From: Haliotis rufescens | Lineage: Eukaryota | Reading direction: 5' to 3' | NCBI RefSeq assembly: GCF_023055435.1 | Contig: NW_025964372.1 | Coordinates: forward strand, 14,198,001 to 14,262,000 | Length of the DNA stretch: 64,000 nt | Part shown: positions 50,401 to 63,140 of the stretch, in pieces | Position numbering within the stretch: position 1 is the first letter of the stretch | Layout: each line of letters starts with the position of its first letter | Translations under genes and position numbers: made by a program | The notes under the pieces: model-generated | The model's input: the letters and a program-made list of their open reading frames with translations, nothing else | Told to the model about the DNA's origin: nothing | The model's database searches: none

Positions 50401-52938
50401 TGTTTACGAATGCATATTGACACAGAATGTATACAGAATGAATATAATATCTCACGGTATTATGAGTGTGCACCTTAGCAACATAGAGACAAATAGTAAC
50501 AAGTGACTTGGAATTTCAAATTCACAGAATGAACAAAGTTGGACCCATTGGGCAAGAGGGAGTCCCCCTCCGAGTCTTCCATGATGGGAAAATGCTGTGG
50601 ATTCCTCCAACGAGACTAGAAACATCTTGTACCATCGACATATCTAACTATCCATTTGACGTGCAGGCTTGCATCATCAACATTACCGGTTGGACCTACG
50701 CAACTGATGAGCTGGACCTCCACACAGATCCAGACAAACCAATAACGTTAGAATTGTACTCTGCCCATGGAGAATGGGAGCTGACACACACATCTGCTTC
50801 ACTCAGTGACTTTAATGGGGGCTTCAACAAACAATACAGGGACATCCAGTACTCGCTGACCTTCAGACGACGCTGGCAATACTATGGATTGACGCTGCTG
50901 CTGCCCCTTATTCTGAGTTCATGTCTTATGACAGGCGTGTTTGCAGTGCCTGTTGAATCTGGGGAAAAGATCGGCTACTCTTTGACTGTTCTGTTGTCCT
51001 TCACAGTGCTGCTGACGCTCATCTCTGACAGTCTTCCAGCCATATCAACAAGAACCTCAGCTCTGCGTGTGTATAGAAGCTTTCGTTTTGAAACATTGTG
51101 TTTGAGAGATAACTTTGATTAGTCATCACCATTACCTAGACAATGTACAGACCATGTACACGATCCATTTACTAGTAACAAGGCACAGTTTACTACTCTG
51201 AGAACAGAGGTGACCTCCATACACCTGGATCATAATCAGGCGCCGCGGGCTATATATATTTCCATACAAGATGGCCACCTTTGAAAAACGTATCTTTTTT
51301 AAATTTATGAGTGAGTGATTCAGGTTTAACGCCGCCTTTAACATTATTCCAGATATATCACGGCGCGTCAGCTTAATGTGGAAGGAAAGCCCGAAGTGAC
51401 GCATGTCTCAGCCGTTTAACACTTCGGTGAAACCCACGAGCACAAGTATGCATGGTGCTGACAAACCTAGAAACATAAACGGGGCGAACCGGGATTCGAA
51501 CCCACAATCATACCTTTCTGGCGTACCCAAGAGACGCAACTCTGCACATCGAATCGTGGCGCCTTAGACGACTGGGCCACCCGTGCCCCCTTTTACATTT
51601 TGTGACGGAACAGAGTTGTTTTCTAATTTCAAGTGACATTCTCATAGTACAATGCATAAACCAAAATCTATTATGAAAGGACAAATTTTGTAACTGTTCG
51701 CCCGAAAATAGTTATTTGTCGAACCTTTCAATCTTTCAATTTTTCTTTGCAACGCATTATACGACTCGCTGATATGCATAGTTTTCTTCGCCGCATTAGT
51801 GGCACACTCATCAAGATGTGACAAATTTTATATAATATATCGATATTTCCATATTTCGCGATACATGAAAATAAGCTTAACCTTTTCAAGATGCATATAC
51901 ATGTACGTGAGAATCTCTCTATTCAGGATACAGTTATCCTTAAAGCTCAGTATGACTTAATTATTGCCGAAGAGCCAACCCTTGCATCACTTTCTCCAAA
52001 ATGCTGATTTAACGTTCTTTGCCAGGGGTGATTCTAGGGCTGGGACGATTCCAAATTTTATTACACGGCTACCCCACCCCTATTTACCCTACCCTAATTT
52101 GCTAACCGCTGTAGGTCTCAAGTGATGGGTACAAAATGTCCGATTGGGAATAGTTTGACTATAGCCCTGGCAAAATATATTCAGATACACGTATAAAACG
52201 ATATGGTCATGCATTCACTGAAGTTGAACATATGAAAGTCAGAAGGAATGTGTGCATAGTAAGAAAGAAATGCGAACATTAGTGACTTGTAGTGTAACCA
52301 TTGAGTTCAAGATAATGTTTGCTACTATACCACGTGATAAACGGGTTCGGGCAGCCCTTGAGGTACCCGGGTCCTACTCAGTACCCACTCGACCTGAGTA
52401 CCCAAGTTACCAGTACAAGCCCTAGATGATTCCTTATACTTTGGAACGCATTTGTAGTAAAGTGTGTGATTTTAGTTCTCTACACTTTATGTTCATTTCA
52501 GAGATCTACCTAACGCTGGTGATGAATCTGGGCACACTGATCACGTTCCTCACTACCCTGGTCCTGTGGCTGTATTACCAGGATGACAAGAAGCCGCTGG
52601 CTCACGGCACGCTGCTCCTCTACAGAGTCATGGCTGGATGCGCCAGCGTTAAACCCAAGTCCAGAACGGTGAGGCCACAGGGGATGGTATTAGAAGACAG
52701 CGATATTTCAAGGACAACAAGCTCCATGAATACACCCAGGACCAAAACATGTTCCACTAACGTCTCCTCTGCCTGGAGTGACAAGGGAGGTAAACATGAA
52801 GTAGCCGAAGATGTCACCTGGCAAGATTTTGCGAAATGCCTGGATGCATTTTTTCTTCGAGTATTTACGTTTATTTTTATTGCTGTTACTGTTGTATTTC
52901 TGGGGGTTATGTATGGAACTTATTATGCTTCCACGTAG
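44404..52938 (+). CDS. Cys-loop ligand-gated ion channel, nicotinic AChR-like non-alpha subunit (444 aa)
   Basis: Exons 44404-44458, 46541-46689, 48553-48597, 49191-49300, 50528-51066, 52502-52938, phase-consistent, with the typical 45- and 110-nt nAChR exons. Motifs YDAQVRP, WRDERLTW, VWTPPL, Cys-loop CTIDISNYPFDVQAC, GWTY, M2 GEKIGYSLTVLLSFTV, M4 LDAFFLRVF. Confidence 0.92.
44566..44647. repeat. 16-bp tandem repeat, about 5 copies
   Basis: Unit ACCAAGACATTAT(G/T)TA. Confidence 0.85.
45099..45236. repeat. (CT)n/(CACT)n low-complexity tract
   Basis: Direct observation; follows a SINE-like fragment with GCTTCGATCCC near 45010. Confidence 0.85.
46682..48033. repeat. 50-bp minisatellite, about 27 copies, starting inside nAChR exon 2
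   Basis: Unit ACAGTATCGTACGTACAGATGCATTACAACATCACATAGGGTCTCCGTAG. Confidence 0.97.
49712..49994 (-). mobile_element. tRNA-derived SINE family C, full length with 12-bp TSD
   Basis: A-box TGGCCCAGTCGTCTAAGG, B-box GGTTCGAATCC, (ACTC)n tail; TSD ACTGAATAAAAG at 49700-49711 and 49995-50006. Confidence 0.9.
51308..51590 (-). mobile_element. SINE family C copy
   Basis: Near full-length match to 49712-49994. Confidence 0.88.
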
Positions 52939-55015
52939 TTCCGTCCAGTTTGGAATAATGATGCATGTTTAGTAAGTGTTTTATTAACAGAAATAACGAA
53001 ATGTTATAAAAGTCTTCAAAAAGTAAATATGTTTTTGTATATCAATGGAGCCGAGAATGTTTTATGATATAAAATGCCCCGTATACCTCGAACATTAAAA
53101 GTGATTGTTACGCAATATAGTGAAAATGATAGTAAGATGTCACTCACTAATGTTGCTGATATAAATGAATTTCTTGAAAGAAGCTGTCTATATCATTATA
53201 CTACATGCTCTGTAGTATATTTACAGGTATTCTTTCTGTGTAAACAATGACATTCATCACCATAAGTGTCATCAGGCTCGCCTAAATAAAAAAAAATTCA
53301 AAGCAATTCCGTGGCATTTGATTGGCTAATCAAGCAATATTTTTTGCGAGTTTGTTTCTAAAAGCCGAAAAGAAAAAAGGCCACGTCCCAAAAACAGACT
53401 ACTATTTCCTGACTGGATCATATAGAATGGGCGGGGATTGTGTTGCATTATTGCAATGTCACTCTACTATTGTCAACAGGTTTTTGTTTTAACGATTAAA
53501 TAAGCAGCCATGAAAGTTATTATTGTTGACTTATTTATTTATAAGAATCGACTTCAATAAGTCTTTGCCTTTATAGCGGTAAAAGCCATAAACGCAAAAA
53601 ATACGCGGACTTATGCAAAGTTGGACACCGGTTTTTACGTTCCTACCTCCATAAACGCAAAAGATATTGAGGTCAATTCTTATATGATTCTTATAATGAC
53701 ATTAACTCAGCCACACCTCTGTCCTCCTGACCTAATTTCATCTGGAATATGCATATGTAATCATGAATTCATTATACAAAGGCACTATTTAGAATGCCCC
53801 AAATCCCGAGCAGCCAATATCACGGGGTCCGGTGGCCACACTGTAAGAACTGACTGGTAGCCTTGCACCTCGACAGCTCAGATAAATGCTCATTCTATCA
53901 CCCAGTTGTTTCCTCTGTGATTTTGGAGATGCCCGGATGCGCGGACAGCCGCTCATAATGTGTCTGGGCCGGACTCGGTTATTGACGGGACGAATGATGG
54001 CGGGGGAATGATCCTGACTCTGGTTTCAGAGAGACTTAACTCACTTATTTACCACAGACCGTAATATTACTGAAATTATGCCGGCAGCGGCGATAAACAA
54101 CGGCTCGGGTTCACAGCCACGGGGAGATCTACTTGACATTGTCTCTAAGCGTTTTGAGATAAAAGCATACCATCCTCCAGACCTGTTCCTACCTTCTCTC
54201 GGGGTCAGAGGTATCTAGGTAAGGCAAACAATGATATGCAAATTTTAGAAGGTCAACGTGAGTAGATCACACTGTTAGTGGTTATTACACACAACACTGT
54301 CTCCCAGGTAAATAAGTTTTAAGCGCTTATCGGTTGGAAAATGGACTCAAAGTGAGTACGTGTGGCTTAAAGATCACATATATGCACCACTATGACGACA
54401 AGAGGTACATTTGCAGCCACATCGCAAAGAAAACGAATCCACGCAAACGACGTGACGAACAAAACCGTTATGGTGATTATTTTTCGAGAGCTTACGCTAC
54501 TTCGAACAGCCATTTTCTAAAATACGTCAGTTTAATTTGTGAGGTACATGTAGGTAGTGATACAGGTCGAAGAGATGTACCACTTGTCCCACACAGCATG
54601 ATGAGAGGCTCAGAGGCTGATCACGAGTCTCATTTTCATAAAACAGTTATCTCGCGCAACGACATGGTTAACTCTATGACTGGGATAATTGTACCAAGTG
54701 CTCGATAACGCTATCGACGAAGAGTGCTGACGTCAAGATCTCTTCTCAAGGTGACCTGCTGAATTCCATATCAGTAGTGTTATTTTAAGAACAGTGTACA
54801 ATTTGAAAAAAAAATATATTATTGTAATCCACTATGTTGATGTACTGTCTCTCATAGGCACATATGGCGGCCGTTGTACATGATATGTTTTTTTATTTGT
54901 GGATGGTTTTGTGCTTGGATGTACTCTCTCTGTCTGCCTCTCTGTGTGTCTCTCTGTGTGTCTCTCTGTGTGTGTGTGTCTCTCTCTCTCACATAATATA
55001 GTTGTATATTGTAGG

Positions 55016-56533
55016 ATGAGCAACTGTACCATTCGGTTGGCAACTCTGAGGGACTATGAAAATGTGTTATCTATTGGCGAAGTATACAATGGAGTGGATT
55101 ATCTCCCTTGTAAATATACTGAGTTCTTGGAAGACGACAACTACATGAACTTCCTATGTATTGTAGATGGGGAAGTGGTAAGTATACAACTCGCTTATCT
55201 GGACGCTAAGGCTATATAATGAAGGACGAAGGCTGAGTGCGGCCTATATATAAAATCAAATCTGGACCAGACAATTCAGTGATTGACATCATGATCTACG
55301 CAATTAGGATACGATGACATGCATCAACCAAGTCAGCCGAATGATCTCAATCCCATGTTTTTACCATGTTCAATTTCATTTACAATGTACACTGGGTGGA
55401 ATGCAGGTATTGTATGACTGACAACAACATTTATTCATTAATTCCCTCATGCATTAATTCATTAATTCAGTAAGTACATGTATAGTTACTATGTTCCATC
55501 GTCTTTCTTGTGCAACTGCTTGAGAAACTGTTTCTGTGTAATTAGGGTAAATATGTTCTGTAAGGCTGATAAAAACAGAAGTTACTGGACTCTCATCTTT
55601 TCCCGCACCTCATATCCCTATAACTCTTCTCAGATTGGCTTCCTGTGTGGAGCATTGATTGACAACCGTGAAGCATTTGTGCTGAGAGCTGGAAGGGTCA
55701 AGGACGCCTATCAGGGTCAAGGTTACTACAAGGCCCTGAGAAGTCATCTATACCAAACAATGTCGACAATCAAATCAGTGAAATATGAAAAATTGGTTGT
55801 GTTCAAAGCAATTGCTGAGAAGCTGCTACAACCAGATAGTGGCTTTGAACACATAGCTATGCAGGTGAACATACGCTCGGTCCTTTCCATTCTACAACAG
55901 TATAATTTGTTTCACTTATAATTGCAAGTTGTAATCAAGTTGAACTTTTACTTACTAAATGTTGGTAGTTTAATGTCCATTGTTAGTGTACATTCACATG
56001 TACCATTTTTATTTCAGAAGGTTTATACCTATGCGATACCAGAAAGTGTTGTCGAGGAGGCATCATCTGACCTCCAACCTTTGAACCAGAAAGACCTTCA
56101 CCGCCTGCTCTCTGACCCGGAAACGCGTGACATCTTGTTTCCGGGAGGAATCCTGTATGTGCACAGAATGCCATATAAACTAACCGAAGGCAACTTTGCC
56201 AGTATTTTTAACAAAAGAACTGTCTTGTTCGGCAGTCCATCCCGTAACAACAAATATAAGCTTGTGACGACTGGACATTACTTCAATGTTAAGTTAGGCT
56301 TTCGTTACATTTTAGACATATACGGATCGTCACCAGAAGACTTCACGCACCATTTCAAGGCTCATTTGGCACTCATTCGGAATTTACACAAAGGAAAGAT
56401 AACAGTTACTATCTTTACCCCACAGACGTTCCCTGTCGCCGTTATTGACGATATCCTGACTCGCGTCGGGGCTATTTTCCAAGAGTCGTTTCTCTCAGAA
56501 GAACATTCATTTAGAAGATGTGTCTCAGAATAA
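55016..56533 (+). CDS. GNAT N-acetyltransferase, NAT16/histidine N-acetyltransferase-like (about 302 aa)
   Basis: Exons 55016-55177, 55634-55864, 56018-56533 with phase-0 introns. IRLATLRDYENV, VYNGVDYLP (YxGxDYLP), IDNREAF, acetyl-CoA motif RVKDAYQGQG. Confidence 0.85.
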
Positions 56534-59500
56534 CTTCATCCCCATTCTATAGTTGGTTGGTTTATTGTTTAACGCCGCACTCAGCAATATTCCAGCAACA
56601 TGACGGCGGTCTGTAAATAATCGAGTCCAGACCAGCCAATCCAGTGATTGATATCATGAACATCAATACACGCAATTGGGATCGACATGCATAAACCACG
56701 TCAGCGATCCAGACCACCCGATCCCGTTAGTCGCCTTTTTACGACTTGCAACAAACAAACAAACAAAGATCATACATATTTTAAAGTAATTATTTTGAAA
56801 GACATGTCAAAACAATATAAATCTAATGTTGATACCTCACATACTTGAACTGTTCATATGAAATAGGTAATCACATTCCAACAGAACAATTTATTGCAAT
56901 GCAGCTGAGTTTTGAGTAGACAATGAATGCCATTGTTTTGGAAATATATTTTCGTGGTGTACATGGAAACATAACACAGCAAGTTTGGAGAAGCAATGTC
57001 ACTCACCAAACTCACTCACTCACTCACGGATTCGTTGGAAGAGAAGGGATGAACCTACATATTGCTGTTCTAAGTTTCACATTCACGAAAACCCATTATA
57101 ATGACTGTATAGCGACAATAATATAATGAATCCAATTTTCTAAAATGTTTCTGTTGTAACTGCAGTACTGTTCAACTTTCAAAGTCAACCAGTTGAATTC
57201 CAATCTGCATGAAAAATAAATAATGGAGATCTAGTCGAGTCGTATTTTGTATAAAACTCCTGACCAGAACTCTTTGAAATAATATTAAAAATGTATTTAC
57301 AACGACAGTACTACTAACAGCAGCCACGAAAATAAAAAAATATATTTGCCTTTCATTATTAATTTAATGATAAATTCGTGGTCTTGTTGCACAATGTCCC
57401 AGTTGCCATGTTTTCGCAATTGCATTAAATAGTGTAATATTTTAAAGCCGCTTCTTCCAATGCCGAGCTGATTTTTCTATTGCATTGTACCTCCAATGAT
57501 CTATTTGGCTCTCCAAATTTCATCCAGTGTAATATCAACTTTGATATGTACTAAGAGGTGATATATAGATAGATGTTAAGTAATTTTTAGCCACGACAAC
57601 ATTATTTATATCAATTTTAGTTTTTAATATGCTAATTACATTTCACTTTCATTTCATTTTTAAGAGTTGTTCAGATAATAAAAGTTTAAGATAATGAATA
57701 AACGTAGTCGGATGTTTCTCAGGTTATTGATATCATATTTACCGTATTCAAATTTTACAAGGGATATGTCAGCTGGGCTACATGTAAGTTTAGACTAATG
57801 GACTAACATCTGCACTATTGTTTTACTTGACTGAATTTACCAGTTAAGATATTTTTGAAAGTCATTCTTTGAAAGTTTTGACCCCAGGTCGATTTCACAT
57901 ACTGAATACAACCTATCTAAAGACTTGGCTATTTTCAACATCTCAGGTTTAGGATAACAAGTAAAAGGAAATGCAGAAATTCCACAATCATTGTTTAGGG
58001 CTAATATGTGGGTGCTAATATGTTGATTTATCAAACAATCTAAATAGATATAAAAAGTATCGCCTTGAAAACTGTAATAGTGTGCAAACTTGCTGAGATG
58101 ATCGTTGACGATTGTTGTGGGAAAAATTTGATGAGTGCTCGGGGGTCGTTCTTTTCTATTTCTGTGTCCATCTGGAACCCTATCACGTTCAACTGGTTGT
58201 CACTAATATACAGACGTCCTCACAGACCCACTACACTTGCAATGAACTACTCAAACATTGACTAGTTCACTTTGATATGGACCAAAGTTGAATGTAAGTC
58301 AGGCTCAGAGCTTTTGGACCATCCCTCATACCCAGATGTGTTGTGTAATAAACTATAGCTTTGCCCTGAACTAGTATAGTTAAAGCACGAGAACGCTTGC
58401 ATGAGAGAGTGATCATGACATCATCATCTTGCCATAAATCTTTACAAGTTAGAGCAAACAATTATTCGACAAGCTCAAAAAAAAAAACTATTTACCGATC
58501 GATATTGATGTAGATGCGACATCTTGCCTGACAGAAATGAAAGAACGATTTACCATTACAGTACGTAGACCCGGGGAGATAATTGGAATAGTCATGATAT
58601 CAGCCCATTATGACGTAACTCAAAAAGTGTATTATATCGCAGGATAAAGTACAGTCGCAAAGCATCTTAGAATTAAAGACAACAAAATAATATGAAATAT
58701 AAAATTTCTTATGTAGCTGAATGTATGTGCACGTGTAAACACTGTTTTTTTGTTATCAACTTACGTTCTTCAACAAGGTATACTGCATACTGTTTTGAAC
58801 ATGTTCATTATTTCAATATCATATTCAATTCTACACAGTACTGTACATACCGTTTGTCTATTTTACATGTATTCGACGGCTACAATATTTGTTGTCTGTT
58901 GATTTGTTTCCTGAATATACTATTATTTAAACCACATTAACTGACCTCTTGCTGAAATGTGTGGCCCGTTCAATATCAAATATCCATGGCAAACCAAACC
59001 GAGGCATAAGAGGCATACCAAACTTGTATTTGGTATTATGTAACACCAGCCGTTCTTATCAATCAATACTCTTGTCCAAAGCAACCATTGAAATAAAAAC
59101 CCGTCTATAATAGTGAATACTCAGTATCGATTTTAATTTACATAAAGTCCATATCAATCGTGAAGTTTCCCAGGAACCAGAACAGTTTCTCAGGAATTGA
59201 ACGGGAGACATTTGACTGATGGATGAGTTGCCTGATAGGTTAGCACTCAATGTTACTGATCAATCTATAGACTAAAGCTATTTACAATGTATCGAACTGT
59301 TTAGTTATTCAGAACCTTTGTTGGGGAATGTTCCGTTGCTGCAGCAACGAGCGATGTGCCTACGGAGGTAGGGTAAGGTTAAATAGATTTGCTGCAAAGC
59401 TACCTCACGGGATAATTTGCTCCGAGGAAGTGCCTCGAGGTACGATCCCCCCTTATCCTGTCAGCTGCGTGAATACTAGTATTCAGAAGTCTCAAGAATT

Positions 59501-59767
59501 ACGAAAAGTTGTTCCTCCTCAGTAAACTATATAGTACATGGATTTATAACATTTTCGTTATAATGAACATCTTCATAACGTATAATACAATACTTTGGTA
59601 AGAAATGTCAATATTACAATTAAATCAGTTCTAAGTCCGGCAATGGTTGCTAACAATAGAAAGGCACACTTGGCCGTATTTCTTGATACCCTTCAAAAGA
59701 GGATGTTTACGTTGCTTCTTAACTAGTGTCACCTCAAATTACACGTTGCGTTCTTTAGGCGTGTTAG

Positions 59768-60023
59768 ACCCCTGAAGATTCCGGGGTAGAATAGGTCTGC
59801 AGTAAAAGGTGACTATGCTTGTCGTAAAAGGCGACTAACGGGATCGGGTGGTCAGGCTCGCTGACTTGGTTGATGCATGTCATCGATCCCAAATGCGTGG
59901 ATCGATGCTCATGATATTAATCACTGGATTGTCTGGTCCAGACTCGATTATTTACAGACCGCCGTCATATAGCTGGGATATTGCTGAGTGCGGCGTTAAA
60001 CAACAAACCAACCAACCAACCAA
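59768..60023 (+). mobile_element. SINE-like family A, full-length copy
   Basis: Head ACCCCTGAAGATTCCGGGGTAG to tail CGTTAAACAACAAACCAACC. Confidence 0.88.
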
Positions 60024-60563
60024 CTTTAGGCGTGTTAAAGTCATATGATCGTGGGTTCGAATCCCATATTCGCCCTGATAATAATTCTTAGTGCGTCAAC
60101 AAAATACCAGTGCTCGTTACATGAGAAAATGTCTCAGACTTTCCGCTTGTTAAGGTGAGCCGCCTTGACATAACTGTAATGGACGGGGTGTGTGGATTGA
60201 GGGCTTAATTCCTTGTGAGATGATCCGGGACATGTGTTGTTGACAAAGGGCGTCCTGGTGAGATGATCCGGGAAAGGGGTTGTGCATCTTGGGCGTCTTG
60301 TTGAAACGATCCGGGACGAGTAATGTGTATTGTGCGAAGTGGATGTGTTCCACAACCTGCAATCGCAGACTGTGACACATTAAATGTATTGACTACGGTA
60401 TGCTGACTTGTATTAATCAAGTCAGATGGCACAGTTTGTGTGTGCATGCGTGATTGTTTGCGTTCAGTAACAGTATATTCCAACATTATCAGAGCAGTCA
60501 AAACCAATCCACTTCATCAGAAAATGAACTTCTTCTGCTGAGCAGGCATATATATATATATGC

Positions 60564-60566
<3 letters not shown>

Positions 60567-60633
<67 letters not shown>
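60567..60633. repeat. (AC)n microsatellite
   Basis: Direct observation. Confidence 0.95.
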
Positions 60634-60635
<2 letters not shown>

Positions 60636-62291
60636 GCGTCTATTCACATGCTTCTGCCAGGAAAATAAAAGAGTCATCTCTTGACCACGGTCAGACATGT
60701 TCGGTTTGTCGTAAGAGACGACTAATGGGATCGGGTGGTTAGGCTCGTTGACTTAGTTGATGCATGTCATCGTATCCCAATAGCTCATGATATCTTTCAC
60801 TGGATTGTCTGGTCCAGACTCGATTATTTACAGACCACCGTCATATAGCAGTTACATTGAGTTCTGTCTGTATAGAAAATCAAGAGCAGTTACACCATGA
60901 ATGAAATGCAACCCAATGCGAACAATTTGATATACAATCGAGGTGAGTTGTTTACACCAGTGCAGGTGTAGAAGAAAACAATAGTACATTCGACCTTGAC
61001 ACCATCACCATACTCCTTGATAAATTACTACATCAGACACGCGGTAGCTGAAGTACATTGCATCAATTAGTTCGTGAAATGTTTGGCGTGATAACACTTC
61101 TCTTTTTGTGCTGAATAGATGCGAGGTGAGGTGAAATCCTGCTTAGCGTCGCGTTCAAGATTATTGTGCGTATGTAGTGCCAGCCGTACAGTGACGTACT
61201 GAAAATATGTTGAAAATAACTTCGTAACTGCTAGTGCTACGTGAATCGTCTACAATGTGTATAGGCTGAAATATGCGGTTATTCGCAACTGGAAGCTAGA
61301 AAGAGAGAAACCACCAGGCACCTTGTGTTTTCACCCATCCCATGTTCGCATACCACACATGCATCACCAAACATAATTGGGATAGCCTGGTGGTTAAAGC
61401 GTTCGCTCGTCACTCCGAAGACCCGGTTTCGATTCCCCACATGGGTACAATGTGTGAAGCTGAATTCTGGGGTCCCCGCCATTATATTGCTGGACTATTA
61501 CTAAAAGCGGCGTAAGCTTACTCACTCACTCAACATAATGAGGTAGACTTGTGGTTTACTGGTTGATACCAGAGTAAAACACATTCAGTTGTCCGATATA
61601 TCTCAACCCCTGGAAGTTGGAAACTGTAAACAAGCCTGTAAACAAGCTCCTCACAGCGGAGGGTTCTATACCAGGAGGGTGAATATAAGCGACAAAATGC
61701 ATTCAATAATCTTGAGAAAGCTCCGCTGACGGAAGAGTCGATTTTACAATTCCGACTATACCATTAGTGATCATACCAGGTGTTTTTGAATCACTATTAA
61801 AAAGTGATCATACAAGGTGTTCGCGAAAATATGTCAAGCGCAGGGAAGGAGTTTGGACACGAAAAACAACTAAGGGGGGTAACTACCACAACTCTCTGTT
61901 GTACCAGTGCTGAAATCAAAGTTCTGCCACTTACAATCAACACAACTGCCTATAACATAACGGTTCATACAACTTTCAAGTATTTATTAGTATTATGCTT
62001 TACATGTCGATTTTAGTGCCTCATAGGTCACGTGCCTATAAACGTTTTACATGTCCATACTAGTGTGTCATAGACCATTTTTTGGCAGGATGTTATATTT
62101 ATTGCTTACTTACACGTTTTATATTTGTGCTGTATGTAAGATGTGACACTTAAAAAAATAGACGCAAAAAAAATGAGAAGCAGTTTATAAATCATAAAGT
62201 TTTAAACGACGGGGAAACTATACACATGTTAAACCACCCTCCGTGGTATCAAAGTTCAAACTGTATTACCATACCTGACTAATGAGAACCA

Positions 62292-62342
62292 GTGTGCGTG
62301 CGTGCGTGCGTGCGTGCGTGCGTGAGTGCGTGCGTGCGTGCT
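62292..62342. repeat. (GCGT)n microsatellite
   Basis: Direct observation. Confidence 0.9.
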
Positions 62343-62751
62343 TGCATGTTCGCGGGCATGCGAGCGAGTGTTCATACAATGTCTATGTACTCATACTACA
62401 AATTTTACTATGGTGAAGCAAAATGTAAGTTCACGATCCTTTTTTCACGGCCCAACCGGTTGAGCACCCGTGTCGTCACATGCGTGTTGATCATGATATA
62501 TATTTGCATATATATTGTTGCTGATATATTTGCCTTGTTTCGATTTAAGACTATATCACACTGATCCCGTAGTTTTATGTGTGACTTCATACGATGCGCG
62601 AAAAAAAGCACTTCTTGGTAATTTACATATGCGAACACATTAAAACCGAATTTTGAATGCAATGCGCCCGATGCGTTGGAAATAGGTGATGCACCAATTT
62701 TAAGGATTGCATTTGTAATGGCATGGGGAATTCAATTTATGACGCCATATT

Positions 62752-63140
62752 TTATAGGGCAGATGAGGTGGCAGCAGAAGTATCTTCACCTTCCGTTTGT
62801 TGTGTTCCTCCCTGTTGATCTGTTTCCTTGATATGGGGACTCTTTCGACATTTATATATGGTTACGACTGAACATGTGAAAACGCTAACTGCAATGGGAA
62901 CGCCAAGCATTATTCCAATGACACTAATGCTCTTATCATCGATAGGATAATTCAAAATAAACAGAAAACAGATCAACATCAGTACCATTAGGCTGAAGAA
63001 GAAAACAAAAGCACAAGTATCGAGCGCCTTCACTGTTCTCATGCGGTCACTGACATCAGCAGGGTGGTTAGTATAGAGCACCATCAAGGAACACACAATC
63101 ATTAGTGCACCGCACGTCATCGTTGAAGAAATGTATACAC
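62752..63140 (-). CDS. Terminal exon (M3-M4 plus extension) of a second Cys-loop/nAChR-like subunit; rest of gene beyond the window
   Basis: Acceptor TTTTTCAG| at 63141, same phase and position as the last exon of the plus-strand gene. VYISSTMTCGALMIVCSLMVLYTNH aligns to IYLTLVMNLGTLITFLTTLVLWLYY (M3); VKALDTCAFVFF aligns to AKCLDAFFLRVF (M4). Confidence 0.72.

Noticed and set aside
52021-52170. Possible small MITE (GCCAGGG...CCCTGGC); similar remnant at 46190-46390
   Set aside because: Short inverted match with no convincing TSD.
57280-58500. Possible ancient LINE remnants on the minus strand (also 16400-17135)
   Set aside because: Too degraded to assign motifs or boundaries by eye.
61378-61450. 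tRNA-like sequences (also 22480-22552, 24848-24910, 48815-48887)
   Set aside because: Heads of tRNA-derived SINEs continuing into body and tail, not tRNA genes.
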